A DNA stretch of 64,000 bases, taken from positions 146,124 to 210,123 of the forward strand of contig JBKHFJ010000001.1 in assembly GCA_046540255.1 (NCBI GenBank), given 5' to 3'. Below the pieces are notes generated by a model. It saw only the letters and a program-made list of their open reading frames with translations. It was not told where the DNA came from and did not search any database. This document shows positions 53,331 through 61,794 of the stretch, one piece after another. Every line of letters begins with the position of its first letter. Position 1 is the stretch's first letter. Made by a program: the position numbers and the translations under genes. The stretch is from Methanomassiliicoccales archaeon. Lineage in GTDB: Archaea > Thermoplasmatota > Thermoplasmata > Methanomassiliicoccales > JAAEEP01.

Positions 53331-53839
53331 TCAACCACCTCAACGTCGAAATGATCCTTCATGAACTCCATCGCCTCCTCCCTGGAGACCCGGTGCCTCT
53401 GGGGGAGCTTCCTCCTCATGATCCTCCTCTTGGTGACCCGGTATCCCGGCCTCTGGATCACCACGTTGACGTCCATGCCGAAGATGCCGATCTGAGGGTC
53501 GTACCTCATCCCCTGGAAGTCGGTGTAATCGTTGATACCGAATGAGAGGTTCCCCTCGGGGTCGAAGGAGTAGTCGAACACCTTGTTCTGCCTGATCCAC
53601 AGGGCCCGCTTGAGGAAGTCGGCGGCCCTTTCCCCTCTGAGGGTGACCTTGCATCCTATGGCCATGCCCTTCCTTATTCCCAGGTCCCTGTTGGTGGTGC
53701 TGGAGATGGTGATCTTCGGCTCCTGTCCGGTGAGCATCTTGAGCACTTGCTGGGCCTTGTTCAGGCGCTCTCCCGCCTCACCTACGCCTATGTTGACCAC
53801 TACCTTCTCGATTCCGGGCCGTCTCATCGCCTGGCTCAT
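53327..53839 (-). CDS. rpl5: 50S ribosomal protein uL5
   Basis: ATG at 53839 ([23 protein letters not shown]...), 170 aa. The track ORF 53327..54199 extends spuriously into rps4e. Confidence 0.95.
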   Translation of the reverse strand: MSQAMRRPGIEKVVVNIGVGEAGERLNKAQQVLKMLTGQEPKITISSTTNRDLGIRKGMAIGCKVTLRGERAADFLKRALWIRQNKVFDYSFDPEGNLSFGINDYTDFQGMRYDPQIGIFGMDVNVVIQRPGYRVTKRRIMRRKLPQRHRVSREEAMEFMKDHFDVEVVE

Positions 53840-54546
53840 ACTACACTCGCCTCCGGAAGCTCTATCTCTGGCGTCTTGGTACCTATCACGAACACGTTGG
53901 CCTTGACGGTTGAGGTACCGTCCTGGAATTTGACCACGTTCTGCAGGTGGGAGCGGGTGATCTCCACCTCCTTGATGACCGCAACCTCCCCGGCATGCGC
54001 CCCGCTGATCACCATGGCGGTGTTGCCTTCGGCGAGCTTGAATGCGCCCATCACCTCCTGCACGGGCACCTCTATCTTGAGGACGTCCCCGGTGCTGTGG
54101 GAGTCCTGGTCGGTGGTCAGGTTCCTGCCGTCGTGCAGGTTGAGCTGGGTCACCCCTCCCTTCAGGGTGGTCTTGCTTTCGATCCTGCACAGCTTCCACT
54201 TTTCCTGGCCGCCTCCGATGTCCACCAGGCGGAACTTGCCCCGGTGGTCCAGCAGCATCCTGAAGTGCTGGTCCAGCTTGGGGATGGACACCACGTCCAT
54301 CAGTCCCACTGGGAACCTGGAGCTCTTGGGCGGCCGCCCGTCGACCAGGACCTCTTTCTTACCCACTACGTACTTGGCCTCATTGGCGGTGTCGCACAGG
54401 TCGAGCATGTCCCTTATCACCATGGACACCGGAATGCTCCGCTCTATGGGGTGGGGGCCGGGTGAGGGCTTTGTGGCCCAGTAAGCGGTCTTCCTGGCTA
54501 TCGGCCAGCTCCTGGGAGCGGTCAGTCTCTTCATGTTCTTGCTCAT
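53836..54546 (-). CDS. rps4e: 30S ribosomal protein eS4
   Basis: 236 aa starting MKRLTAPRSWPIARK. Confidence 0.95.
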   Translation of the reverse strand: MSKNMKRLTAPRSWPIARKTAYWATKPSPGPHPIERSIPVSMVIRDMLDLCDTANEAKYVVGKKEVLVDGRPPKSSRFPVGLMDVVSIPKLDQHFRMLLDHRGKFRLVDIGGGQEKWKLCRIESKTTLKGGVTQLNLHDGRNLTTDQDSHSTGDVLKIEVPVQEVMGAFKLAEGNTAMVISGAHAGEVAVIKEVEITRSHLQNVVKFQDGTSTVKANVFVIGTKTPEIELPEASVV

Positions 54547-54914
54547 TCAGCTCCCTCCTCGCTCTCAAGCTTATCCTTTCGCCATGCGTCGGAGAGGTCC
54601 AGCTTGGTGACCACCACGTTGGAGGCGTGGACGGGCATGGCGATCTCCGTCCCGTCGGCCTGGTAGGTGGTGATACCCTCGATGGTGATCCTCCCCGTCC
54701 TGGTGTCGACCTCGGTCACCTTCCCCTCGGTCCCCACCTTGTCCTCGCTACCCCTCATGATCATGACGGTATCGCCCCTTATCACCGGTATGGACCTTCT
54801 CCCGTACTCTTCCATCAGGGAATCGCTCAGATGGGAGGCTACCATCTTCCTTCTGGCGTGGGCGGGGGCGTTGTACTGCGCCTTCCTCTGCTTCCTCGCC
54901 TTCTTGCTCTTCAA
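54543..54914 (-). CDS. rpl24: 50S ribosomal protein uL24
   Basis: 123 aa with a KOW motif region (IRGDTVMIMRGSEDKVGTEGKV). Confidence 0.95.
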   Translation of the reverse strand: MKSKKARKQRKAQYNAPAHARRKMVASHLSDSLMEEYGRRSIPVIRGDTVMIMRGSEDKVGTEGKVTEVDTRTGRITIEGITTYQADGTEIAMPVHASNVVVTKLDLSDAWRKDKLESEEGAE

Positions 54915-54923
54915 ATTATCACC

Positions 54924-55322
54924 TTATATTATCATGGATGCAGTGGCCGCGATCCTTGGCCACCGCTCGGCGGCCTCCCTGGCCACCGGTCCCTTTATAT
55001 CCGTGCCCCTGGTGTCACCGTCCTCCGTGGTGATCACCACCGCGTTGTCCTCGAAGGAGATCATGGTACCGTCCGACCTCCTGAAAGGCCTCTTCTGCCT
55101 GACGACGACGGCGTAGATCACCTGCCGCCTCATCTGGGGGCTTCCCCTCTGCACCGAGGCCACCACGATGTCGCCTACGCCCGCCCTGGGGTACCTTCTA
55201 GCCACCCCATGGTACTTGGGCACAGAGATGATCCTGATGATCTTGGCCCCGGTGTTGTCTATGACGTCCAGTTCGGATCCGGACTGGATGCCGCGCGTCT
55301 GATTTCCAGCGATTCCCTTCAC
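54924..55322 (-). CDS. rpl14: 50S ribosomal protein uL14
   Basis: 132 aa with LDVIDNTGAK and VVVRQKRPFRRSDG. Confidence 0.95.
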   Translation of the reverse strand: MKGIAGNQTRGIQSGSELDVIDNTGAKIIRIISVPKYHGVARRYPRAGVGDIVVASVQRGSPQMRRQVIYAVVVRQKRPFRRSDGTMISFEDNAVVITTEDGDTRGTDIKGPVAREAAERWPRIAATASMII

Positions 55323-55328
55323 GCCAGT

Positions 55329-55652
55329 TCACCTCTTCTCCACTATAACGTATGAAACGGTCTTGCTGATGGGCCGGCACTCCATGAACCGGACCTCGTC
55401 CCCCACCTGCACATTCATGCAGGGCGGGTTGTGAACGGAGTATCTGGCGGTCCTCTTCTCCAGCCTCTCGTACTTGCCGACGTACTTCATGTAGATCCTC
55501 TCCACCACCGCGGTATTCTCCATCTTGGTGGAGACTACCATCCCGTCGACCTGCTGTCCTCTGACAGGCAGGGTTCCGTGGAACGGACAGTTCCTGTCCT
55601 CACAGGCGGTTTCAGGAGGTTTGACGTTAATTCCAATATCTGTCTCAGCCAT
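55329..55652 (-). CDS. rps17: 30S ribosomal protein uS17
   Basis: ATG at 55652 (MAETDIGINVKPPETACEDRNCPFHG...), 107 aa. The track ORF extends to 55733. Confidence 0.9.
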   Translation of the reverse strand: MAETDIGINVKPPETACEDRNCPFHGTLPVRGQQVDGMVVSTKMENTAVVERIYMKYVGKYERLEKRTARYSVHNPPCMNVQVGDEVRFMECRPISKTVSYVIVEKR

Positions 55653-55656
55653 GAGA

Positions 55657-55929
55657 TCACCTAATCTTCTTGATGCGGTCCTCGGGTCGATGCTGGATCT
55701 CCCTTCCTCTGATCGTGATTCTCTCACCCTCATATGTGAACTGGAATTCGTTTCCCGGCTTGGGGATCATCCTGGTCCTCCCCCCGCCCTCGATAGTGAT
55801 GGTGTTCTTGGTCTCATCCACCACCCTTCCCTCGACACCAGTGGTGCTGGCGTCCGACGACGAGGTCACCTTCACCTCCAAACCGATGAATTCCTGTCTC
55901 ATGAAATCCCTTCTATTCACCTTTCCCAT
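55657..55929 (-). CDS. rnp1: ribonuclease P protein component 1 (Rpp29/Pop4)
   Basis: ATG at 55929 (MGKVNRRDFMRQEFIGLEVKVTSS...GVEGRVVDETKNTITIE), Sm-like Rpp29 pattern. Sits in the usual position between rpl29/sui1 and rps17. Confidence 0.8.
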   Translation of the reverse strand: MGKVNRRDFMRQEFIGLEVKVTSSSDASTTGVEGRVVDETKNTITIEGGGRTRMIPKPGNEFQFTYEGERITIRGREIQHRPEDRIKKIR

Positions 55930-55940
55930 CGAACACAGCC

Positions 55941-56240
55941 TTATCTGAACTCGGTCTTGAAACCCATCTTCTCCAAGGTCTCCTTGACCTTCTTCTTGTG
56001 CTCTCCCTGCAGCTCGATGCGTCCATCCTTGGCGGTCCCCCCGGCGGCACACTTGGTCTTCAGCTGCCGGGCCAGGTCGTCGATGTCGATATCGTTGGTA
56101 TCGATACCCTCGATGACCGTGACGGTCTTCCCGTACCGCCTCCTGTCAGTGGTTATCCTCACCTTCTGCTGTTCCCTCGCGATCTCCTCGCAAATGCAGA
56201 GTTCCTCGGGCAGTCCACACACGGGGCATATCTCAGCCAT
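55941..56240 (-). CDS. sui1: translation initiation factor aSUI1 (eIF1 homolog)
   Basis: 99 aa with an N-terminal zinc knuckle (CPVCGLPEELCIC) and SUI1 domain (RRYGKTVTVIEG...KCAAGGT). Confidence 0.9.
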   Translation of the reverse strand: MAEICPVCGLPEELCICEEIAREQQKVRITTDRRRYGKTVTVIEGIDTNDIDIDDLARQLKTKCAAGGTAKDGRIELQGEHKKKVKETLEKMGFKTEFR

Positions 56241-56443
56241 TACCTATCTTCCTCCTCCTTCTGGACGGTGAGGATACGGGCGATGTTCGTCCTGATCGCC
56301 CTGATGCGCCCGGGATTGGGTGGTGCGCCGCCCATGGCGGCCGAACCCCTCTCGTGCATGAGCTCGTCCATGAGCTCCTTGAGGGTCTCCTCCCTCTCCT
56401 CCAGGCTCATATCCCTGATGTCGGAAGCCTTGATCAGTGGCAT
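56240..56443 (-). CDS. rpl29: 50S ribosomal protein uL29
   Basis: 67 aa with IRDMSLEEREETLKEL and a C-terminal IARILTV. Confidence 0.9.
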   Translation of the reverse strand: MPLIKASDIRDMSLEEREETLKELMDELMHERGSAAMGGAPPNPGRIRAIRTNIARILTVQKEEEDR

Positions 56444-57520
56444 CTACTCGGACACCTCCTTCTCCTCTTCCTGTTCCGTCTCGGGCTCCTCTGTCCCTTC
56501 CTCAGCTGTCCCTTCCTCAGGCTCCTCGGTCCCCTTCTCGGATCCCTCCGACCCGGTCGGGGCGGATTCCTCGTCGGGGATCTCGGCGGTCTTGGCTTCC
56601 ACCTTGACCTCTTCCTCGGTCTCCACGGCGGTCTCTATCTCGGAGACCTCCTCTCCCGGCTCGACCTCCTCGGTCTCCACGGCGGTCTCTATCTCGGAGA
56701 CCTCCTCTCCCGGCTCGACCTCCTCGGTCTCCACGGCGGTCTCTATCTCGGAGACCTCCTCTCCGGGCTCGACCTCCTCTCCGGGCTCGACCTCCTCGGT
56801 CTCCAAGGTGGCCTCATCGACCTCATCACTGGCGTCGACGTAGGCCTCGCCCCTCTCCTCGGCCTCCTTTCTCTCCTCTGCCTCAACCCGGGCGAAGACC
56901 TCTGGGAGGAGCTCCTTGGCCTCGGTGGTGGAGAGGACGTCGATCTCGTCAGGCAGCCGAGCATCCGGGGCCATGATCTCCACCTTGACCCCTATGGTGC
57001 CCCTCTTCAGCTTGGCGGTGGCGAAGCCTGACCTGATGAACTCGAGCTTGGGGGCCCCGCAGAACTTGATGTAACCGTCCTTGAACTTCTCCGTCCGGTG
57101 CCTCTGACCGGTGAGCTTCCCCGCGAGCACCACCTGGCAGCCCTTGGCCCCCGATTCCATTATCCGCCTGACGGTGGAGTGGCCGGCCCTCCTGAAGTGC
57201 CAACCCCTCTCCAGGGCAAAGGCCAGCTTCTCGGCCATGATCTGGGCGTTGAGGTTGGCCTCCTCCACCTCCTGCACCTCGATCTGGGGATTGTCGAAGG
57301 AGAAGTTCTCCTCGATGTTCCTGGTCAGCGTCTTGATGGCCGCACCTCGACGCCCGATGACCAGTCCGGGTCTCTCGGTCACCAGGGTGACCCGGGTGCC
57401 CATGGGGGTCCTCTGAACCTCCACGCCTCCGAATCCGGCCCTGTCCACTTCCTTCATGAGGTACTCCTTGAGCAGGACCCTCCTGATGTTCTCGGCTATG
57501 AAATTCCTCTCACTGGCCAT
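56444..57520 (-). CDS. rps3: 30S ribosomal protein uS3 with about 150-aa acidic repeat C-terminal tail
   Basis: 358 aa. The KH domain core (first about 205 aa) is followed by an EEVEPGEEVSEIETAVET x3 tail. Confidence 0.95.
   Translation of the reverse strand: MASERNFIAENIRRVLLKEYLMKEVDRAGFGGVEVQRTPMGTRVTLVTERPGLVIGRRGAAIKTLTRNIEENFSFDNPQIEVQEVEEANLNAQIMAEKLAFALERGWHFRRAGHSTVRRIMESGAKGCQVVLAGKLTGQRHRTEKFKDGYIKFCGAPKLEFIRSGFATAKLKRGTIGVKVEIMAPDARLPDEIDVLSTTEAKELLPEVFARVEAEERKEAEERGEAYVDASDEVDEATLETEEVEPGEEVEPGEEVSEIETAVETEEVEPGEEVSEIETAVETEEVEPGEEVSEIETAVETEEEVKVEAKTAEIPDEESAPTGSEGSEKGTEEPEEGTAEEGTEEPETEQEEEKEVSE
56614..56806 (-). repeat. 54-bp tandem repeat x3 plus an 18-bp sub-repeat inside the rps3 3' region
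   Basis: The unit start CCTCGGT recurs at 56614, 56668 and 56722 (period 54) and again at 56794 after an extra 18-bp CTCCTCTCCGGGCTCGAC duplication. Units are near-identical. Confidence 0.9.
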
Positions 57521-57967
57521 TTATTCCATCTCCTCCAGTATGACCTCGATGTTCACCATCTGCTGGTTCCAGGGGGTGGCCCTTCCGTAGGCCCTGGGCT
57601 GATAGCCCTTTACGGTCCGTCCCAGGTGGGAGGCGACGACCTTCACCGTCATGGTGTCGGCATCCAGCCCCTTGTACTCGGCGTTGTGCATGGCGCTCTC
57701 CACCACCTTCAGGATGGCCTTCGCGGCCTTCTGGGGATAGCGGCCGGGCCCAACGCCCTTCTTGTGGGAGACCCGCTTCTTGTACCGCCTCATCGGTACG
57801 GGCCTCTTCCCCTCGGATATCTCGTTGAGGGTGTCAACCGCCTTGGAGACCTCCATTCCCCTGATCATGCTGCATATCTCCCTGGAATGCTTGGGGGATA
57901 CGGGTATCTCCTTACCCAATGCCTTGGAGGTGGTGTCCGGGTCCGTCTCCATAGTGTAGCCAGCCAT
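57521..57967 (-). CDS. rpl22: 50S ribosomal protein uL22
   Basis: ATG at 57967 (MAGYTMETDPDTTSKALGKEIPVSPKHS...), 148 aa. The track ORF extends to 58225. Confidence 0.9.
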   Translation of the reverse strand: MAGYTMETDPDTTSKALGKEIPVSPKHSREICSMIRGMEVSKAVDTLNEISEGKRPVPMRRYKKRVSHKKGVGPGRYPQKAAKAILKVVESAMHNAEYKGLDADTMTVKVVASHLGRTVKGYQPRAYGRATPWNQQMVNIEVILEEME

Positions 57968-57975
57968 GTCATCAC

Positions 57976-58437
57976 CTACTTGAGCGGCAGGAACTTCGAG
58001 GACCTGGTGGCACCGACGCCCGGTCCGGAGTGCCTTACGATGCCCCGGGTCTGGGCGAACTCCCCCAGGTAGTGTCCGATCATCTCCGACTTGATCTCGA
58101 ACTCCTTGAACTCCTTGCCGTCGTACACCGCCACCCGTTTGCCCACGAACTGGGGCATCACGGGCACGTCCCTGCGATGGGTGCGGACCACACCGTCCGC
58201 CGAGTCCCTCAGTCGGTCGTAGCATCTCTGCTGTTCCTCGTTCAATCCCCTGGTCAGGGTCCTGCGGACCCTGGAGGGCATCAGGGTGATCAGATCGTCA
58301 AAGGGCATCTCCTTGAGCTCATCCAGGCTGTACCCCCGGTAGGCGAACTCCTTCTTCCTCCGGGCCTGGATGGCCCCCTTCTTCTTCCTTGCCTTTCGCC
58401 TAGAGGCTTTGGTCCCGCCCTTGATATCCTTAGCCAT
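57976..58437 (-). CDS. rps19: 30S ribosomal protein uS19
   Basis: ATG at 58437 (MAKDIKGG...). GKEFKEFEIKSEMIGHYLGEFAQTR is typical of uS19. Confidence 0.9.
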   Translation of the reverse strand: MAKDIKGGTKASRRKARKKKGAIQARRKKEFAYRGYSLDELKEMPFDDLITLMPSRVRRTLTRGLNEEQQRCYDRLRDSADGVVRTHRRDVPVMPQFVGKRVAVYDGKEFKEFEIKSEMIGHYLGEFAQTRGIVRHSGPGVGATRSSKFLPLK

Positions 58438-58442
58438 GGGAA

Positions 58443-59144
58443 TCACTTACTCCTCTTCTTCTTACGTTTGGGTGAGAGGTGGCCCACCTTTCTCCCGGGT
58501 GGGGCGTTCCTGCTCACCGTGCTCGGTTTACCAACATGCTGGTGACCCCCCCCGCCGTGGGGATGGTCCGCGGCGTTCATGGCCACTCCTCTCACCCTGA
58601 AATAGGCCTTGCTCCTGCTCCTGTAGGCGTGATACTTGGCACCGGACTTCCCGAAGGGCTTCTCCTTGTGCCCCCCTCCGGACACCGTTCCCAGGGTGGC
58701 CCTGCATCGGGGATCCAGGGTCTTCAGTGCCCCCGAGGGCATCATGACCACGACCTTCCTTCCCCGGGAGATGACGGTGGCCGAGGTGCCGGCGCTGCGG
58801 ACCATCTTCCCCCCGTCCCCGGGGACGGACTCGATGTTAAAGATGGGCGTGCCCTCCGGCACGCTCCTGAGCTGCATGGTGTTGCCGATGGCGACCGGGG
58901 CGTTCTCCCCCACGGTCACCTCCTGACCCACTTCCAGGCCCTCCGGGGCGATCATGGATACCATCTCCCCGTCGAAGTCGACCTGGGCCAGAGGGCAGTT
59001 CCTGCCCGGGGAGTGGATCAAATCCACCACCATGCCGGTACCCTCGCCCACCTGGGGTCTGACCTCTCCCTTGTGCCTGTGACTGGGGGACCGGTAACTG
59101 GAGCTTCCGCGCCCACGCCTCTGCTGTATGATATTCTTGCCCAT
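58443..59144 (-). CDS. rpl2: 50S ribosomal protein uL2
   Basis: 233 aa with a C-terminal VRGVAMNAADHPHGGG motif. Confidence 0.95.
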   Translation of the reverse strand: MGKNIIQQRRGRGSSSYRSPSHRHKGEVRPQVGEGTGMVVDLIHSPGRNCPLAQVDFDGEMVSMIAPEGLEVGQEVTVGENAPVAIGNTMQLRSVPEGTPIFNIESVPGDGGKMVRSAGTSATVISRGRKVVVMMPSGALKTLDPRCRATLGTVSGGGHKEKPFGKSGAKYHAYRSRSKAYFRVRGVAMNAADHPHGGGGHQHVGKPSTVSRNAPPGRKVGHLSPKRKKKRSK

Positions 59145-59154
59145 GTGTATCGCC

Positions 59155-59430
59155 TCAGAACACTCCTATTCTCATTCCGATCTCCTCGGCCGAGTAGGCC
59201 TGGTCGAGTTGGATGATGGCATGCTTACCGTGCTTGGTGATCTTGGTCCACACCTTCACCACCTCGGCCTCGAACAGCTCCTCGAACGCCTCCTTGATCT
59301 CGCTCTTGTCGGCATCCCGGTGGACTACGAACTCCAGCTTGTTGCCGTCGGTGAAGTTCTGGGTGGGCGTCCCGGTCATGTTGTTCATCGTCTTCTCGGT
59401 CACGAACGGGTGAAGCAGCACTCTGTTCAT
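59155..59430 (-). CDS. rpl23: 50S ribosomal protein uL23
   Basis: ATG at 59430 (MNRVLLHPFVTEKTMN...), 91 aa. GTG alternative at 59439. Confidence 0.9.
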   Translation of the reverse strand: MNRVLLHPFVTEKTMNNMTGTPTQNFTDGNKLEFVVHRDADKSEIKEAFEELFEAEVVKVWTKITKHGKHAIIQLDQAYSAEEIGMRIGVF

Positions 59431-59432
59431 TC

Positions 59433-60209
59433 TCACCAACCTCCTATTTCCTCGAAGGCGGACTCAGAGACCAGGAGAAGCCTCCCTGGATCCCCACCAG
59501 GGGCCAGCAGACCGGTGTTAAGCATGTTCGCAGGCACCGCCTCCACCCCCGGCAGGTTGGCCGCCGCCCTCCTAAGTGGAGCGTTCGGATCGCTGACCAC
59601 TATCAGCAGGCTCAGGGGCCTCCTGAACTTCCTGCCCCTCATCTTTCCTCTGCCTGCCCGGACCTTCTTGCCCACCTTGGCGCGGTCGAGGTCGTCCCCT
59701 ACGCCCAGGGAGTCCAGCGCCTCCATCACCTCGGAGGTGCGCCCGATCTGCTCGATGTCGTCCTGCACGACCAGGGGGAGGGAGAGGTCCGCGTCGAACA
59801 GGTGCCCCCTGTTCCTCACCACATCAGGGTCGGCGGTGGCGGAAAGGGCGGACAGCCTGGCCATGCCCCTCTCCTTCCTGTTCATCCTCTTGTCCCACTG
59901 CTTCTCCGGGACCGGGGGATGGGCCCGCCTTCCCCCCACGTTGGGGGGAGACTCGGCACCGGCCCTCCCCTGGGAGAGCCTCTGTACCCGGGCCACGCCC
60001 CGCCCTTTTCCCCAGGTGGAAACGGCGTGTCTCATGCCTGCCATCTTGGACGGGCCGTAGGGTTGCCTCCGGTTGGCCCTCTCGATGGTGACCGCTCTCC
60101 TTATCATGTCCGGTCGATAGGACTTCCTGAAAGCCTGGGGGAGTTCGGTGGTACGGACCACCTCCCCGCCCAGGGAATACACGTTGATGGTGGAATCGCC
60201 TCCTGTCAT
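59433..60209 (-). CDS. rpl4: 50S ribosomal protein uL4
   Basis: 258 aa with PYGPSKMAGMRHAVSTWGKGRGVARV typical of archaeal L4. Confidence 0.95.
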   Translation of the reverse strand: MTGGDSTINVYSLGGEVVRTTELPQAFRKSYRPDMIRRAVTIERANRRQPYGPSKMAGMRHAVSTWGKGRGVARVQRLSQGRAGAESPPNVGGRRAHPPVPEKQWDKRMNRKERGMARLSALSATADPDVVRNRGHLFDADLSLPLVVQDDIEQIGRTSEVMEALDSLGVGDDLDRAKVGKKVRAGRGKMRGRKFRRPLSLLIVVSDPNAPLRRAAANLPGVEAVPANMLNTGLLAPGGDPGRLLLVSESAFEEIGGW

Positions 60210-60210
60210 T

Positions 60211-61212
60211 CTAGGCCCCCTGCTTGGATTCGGTGGATATGTAAACGAAGTTCGGCGCCTCGTCCAGTTCGACGCCCCTCTTCCTGACCGGGTCCCTGAA
60301 CCTGATCAATCGCTTGGTTGGTCCGGGCACGGATCCGTGGACCAGCACGTAGGGGTTGATCACGGTGCCGTAGCGGAGGAAGCCCCCCTTGGGGGTTACC
60401 TCCTCACCGTTATCGCCGATCTTCAGTATGCGCTTGTTGAACTCGGTCCTCTGGTGGTATCCTACCTGCCCGGCCATGGGCAGCGTGGGCCTGACGTATC
60501 CGGGCCTCTTGGGGCCGAGGTTGCCGTACTGGCGCCGGTGCTTGCTGTTCTTATGGTCCAGCAGCTTGACCCCCCATCTCTTCACGGCCCCTTGGAATCC
60601 CTTGCCCTTGGTGACGGCGGAGACATCGACCATCTTTCCCTCTCCCACGAAATCGGAGAAGCCGATCTCCTTGCCGAGGAGGGACTTCGCGTACTCCATC
60701 CTCTCGTCCATGGTCCCCCCGCCGATCCGCATCTCCATCATCTCCGGGACCTTCTTGGGTATGCCCTTGACCCTCTTGGGCTGGGTGTAGGCCAACACCC
60801 TAATGTCGTCCACATCCAGTCCCTCCACCGCCTTCAGGGCCTTCTTGCTGTCGTAGTTCTTGGGGATGGGCAGACGCTTGGAGACCTCGGGATCGATCCG
60901 GCTGGCCCAGACCTCCCCCTGGGTTCTCATCCCGTAGGCGGTGCTCTCGTAGAAACGCACCGCCGCCACCTTCATCGGAGGAACCTCCAGTACGGTCACG
61001 GGTATCTGCACCTCCTGCCCCGCGGTGGTGCTCTTGGGGCGGTAATCCGTTATCATGGCATGGGTCATCCCGGCCTTGTATCCGGCGAAGCCCTGGATTT
61101 TAGGGCCTTCGCTGATCTCAGGCCATGCGTCCAGCCTGGGGGTCTCCTTCTTCGCCCTCTTCCGGGGCGAATACGCTCTTGATCCTTTACGCGGGCGTCG
61201 TCTTTGCGGCAT
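60211..61212 (-). CDS. rpl3: 50S ribosomal protein uL3
   Basis: 333 aa with the N-terminus RRPRKGSRAYSPRKRA and FAGYKAGMTH. Confidence 0.95.
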   Translation of the reverse strand: MPQRRRPRKGSRAYSPRKRAKKETPRLDAWPEISEGPKIQGFAGYKAGMTHAMITDYRPKSTTAGQEVQIPVTVLEVPPMKVAAVRFYESTAYGMRTQGEVWASRIDPEVSKRLPIPKNYDSKKALKAVEGLDVDDIRVLAYTQPKRVKGIPKKVPEMMEMRIGGGTMDERMEYAKSLLGKEIGFSDFVGEGKMVDVSAVTKGKGFQGAVKRWGVKLLDHKNSKHRRQYGNLGPKRPGYVRPTLPMAGQVGYHQRTEFNKRILKIGDNGEEVTPKGGFLRYGTVINPYVLVHGSVPGPTKRLIRFRDPVRKRGVELDEAPNFVYISTESKQGA

Positions 61213-61398
61213 GATTCTCCCTCTCTCTCAATGAGAGAATCCACTCTCTGGGCTAACGCTCAGTCGTTCAACGGTCTTGAGGTCTGCACCTTCGACCGTG
61301 ACGCCGTTCACGCGCTCCAGAATGGATATGGGCGCGATGCAGGGTTGCGTCAGGGCATTGCCCAAGGCGTCTGGTCGAACGTCCTCTCGCGTTCAGCA
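61213..61398 (-). promoter_or_regulatory. long 5' leader of the rpl3 operon with predicted helices
   Basis: The 253-nt gap has no convincing ORF. A 13-bp interrupted helix pairs 61291-61305 with 61366-61380. A 7-bp hairpin GATTCTC/GAGAATC (61213-61241) abuts the start codon. Confidence 0.35.
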
Positions 61399-61417
61399 AG
61401 AGTTGCATTAGGATTAT

Positions 61418-61430
61418 GTTATTTAAGTTA
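61418..61430 (-). promoter_or_regulatory. TATA-like box upstream of the rpl3 operon
   Basis: The minus strand reads TAACTTAAATAAC, the only A/T-rich box in the 253-nt spacer. Confidence 0.4.
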
Positions 61431-61465
61431 TGCGGTTACGTGCCCTCAGTGAGGGTGAGGTGGGG

Positions 61466-61786
61466 CTACAGCCCCCCCTTCTTGGCCTTCTTGTTCAGCC
61501 GGTCCCTCCGCTGTTTGGCGGTGAATCCAGTGGCCCGCTCCAGGAACCTGTTGAATCTATTGATGGTTTCCCTGGCCACCTCGTCAGGCACGGAGGGATC
61601 GCTCTCCGTCTCCACCCACAGGGAGGACTTGGAGAGGATCTTGACCTCCATCCGGGGAATGGCACCGTATCCGGCCACCAGGAGGTCGCCCTCCTCCCGA
61701 GACTCTCCGAAGATCTCCTCCATGATGCCCTTCAATCCATCGCCCTCGATGTTCTTGTGATGGCCCCGCTTGATATCGTATTCCAT
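61466..61786 (-). CDS. small conserved hypothetical protein (possibly DUF5611-like)
   Basis: ATG at 61786 (MEYDIKRGHHKNIEG...), 106 aa with a basic C-terminus. The track ORF extends to 61900 into the upstream gene. Family guess is from memory and weak. Confidence 0.45.
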   Translation of the reverse strand: MEYDIKRGHHKNIEGDGLKGIMEEIFGESREEGDLLVAGYGAIPRMEVKILSKSSLWVETESDPSVPDEVARETINRFNRFLERATGFTAKQRRDRLNKKAKKGGL

Positions 61787-61794
61787 GTTTCCAC

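Noticed and set aside
61204-61452. An 82-aa plus-strand ORF in the rpl3 upstream gap.
   Set aside because: It runs antisense to the operon leader, has no recognisable motifs, and uses mixed third-position codons unlike neighbouring genes. The region is better explained as a non-coding leader.
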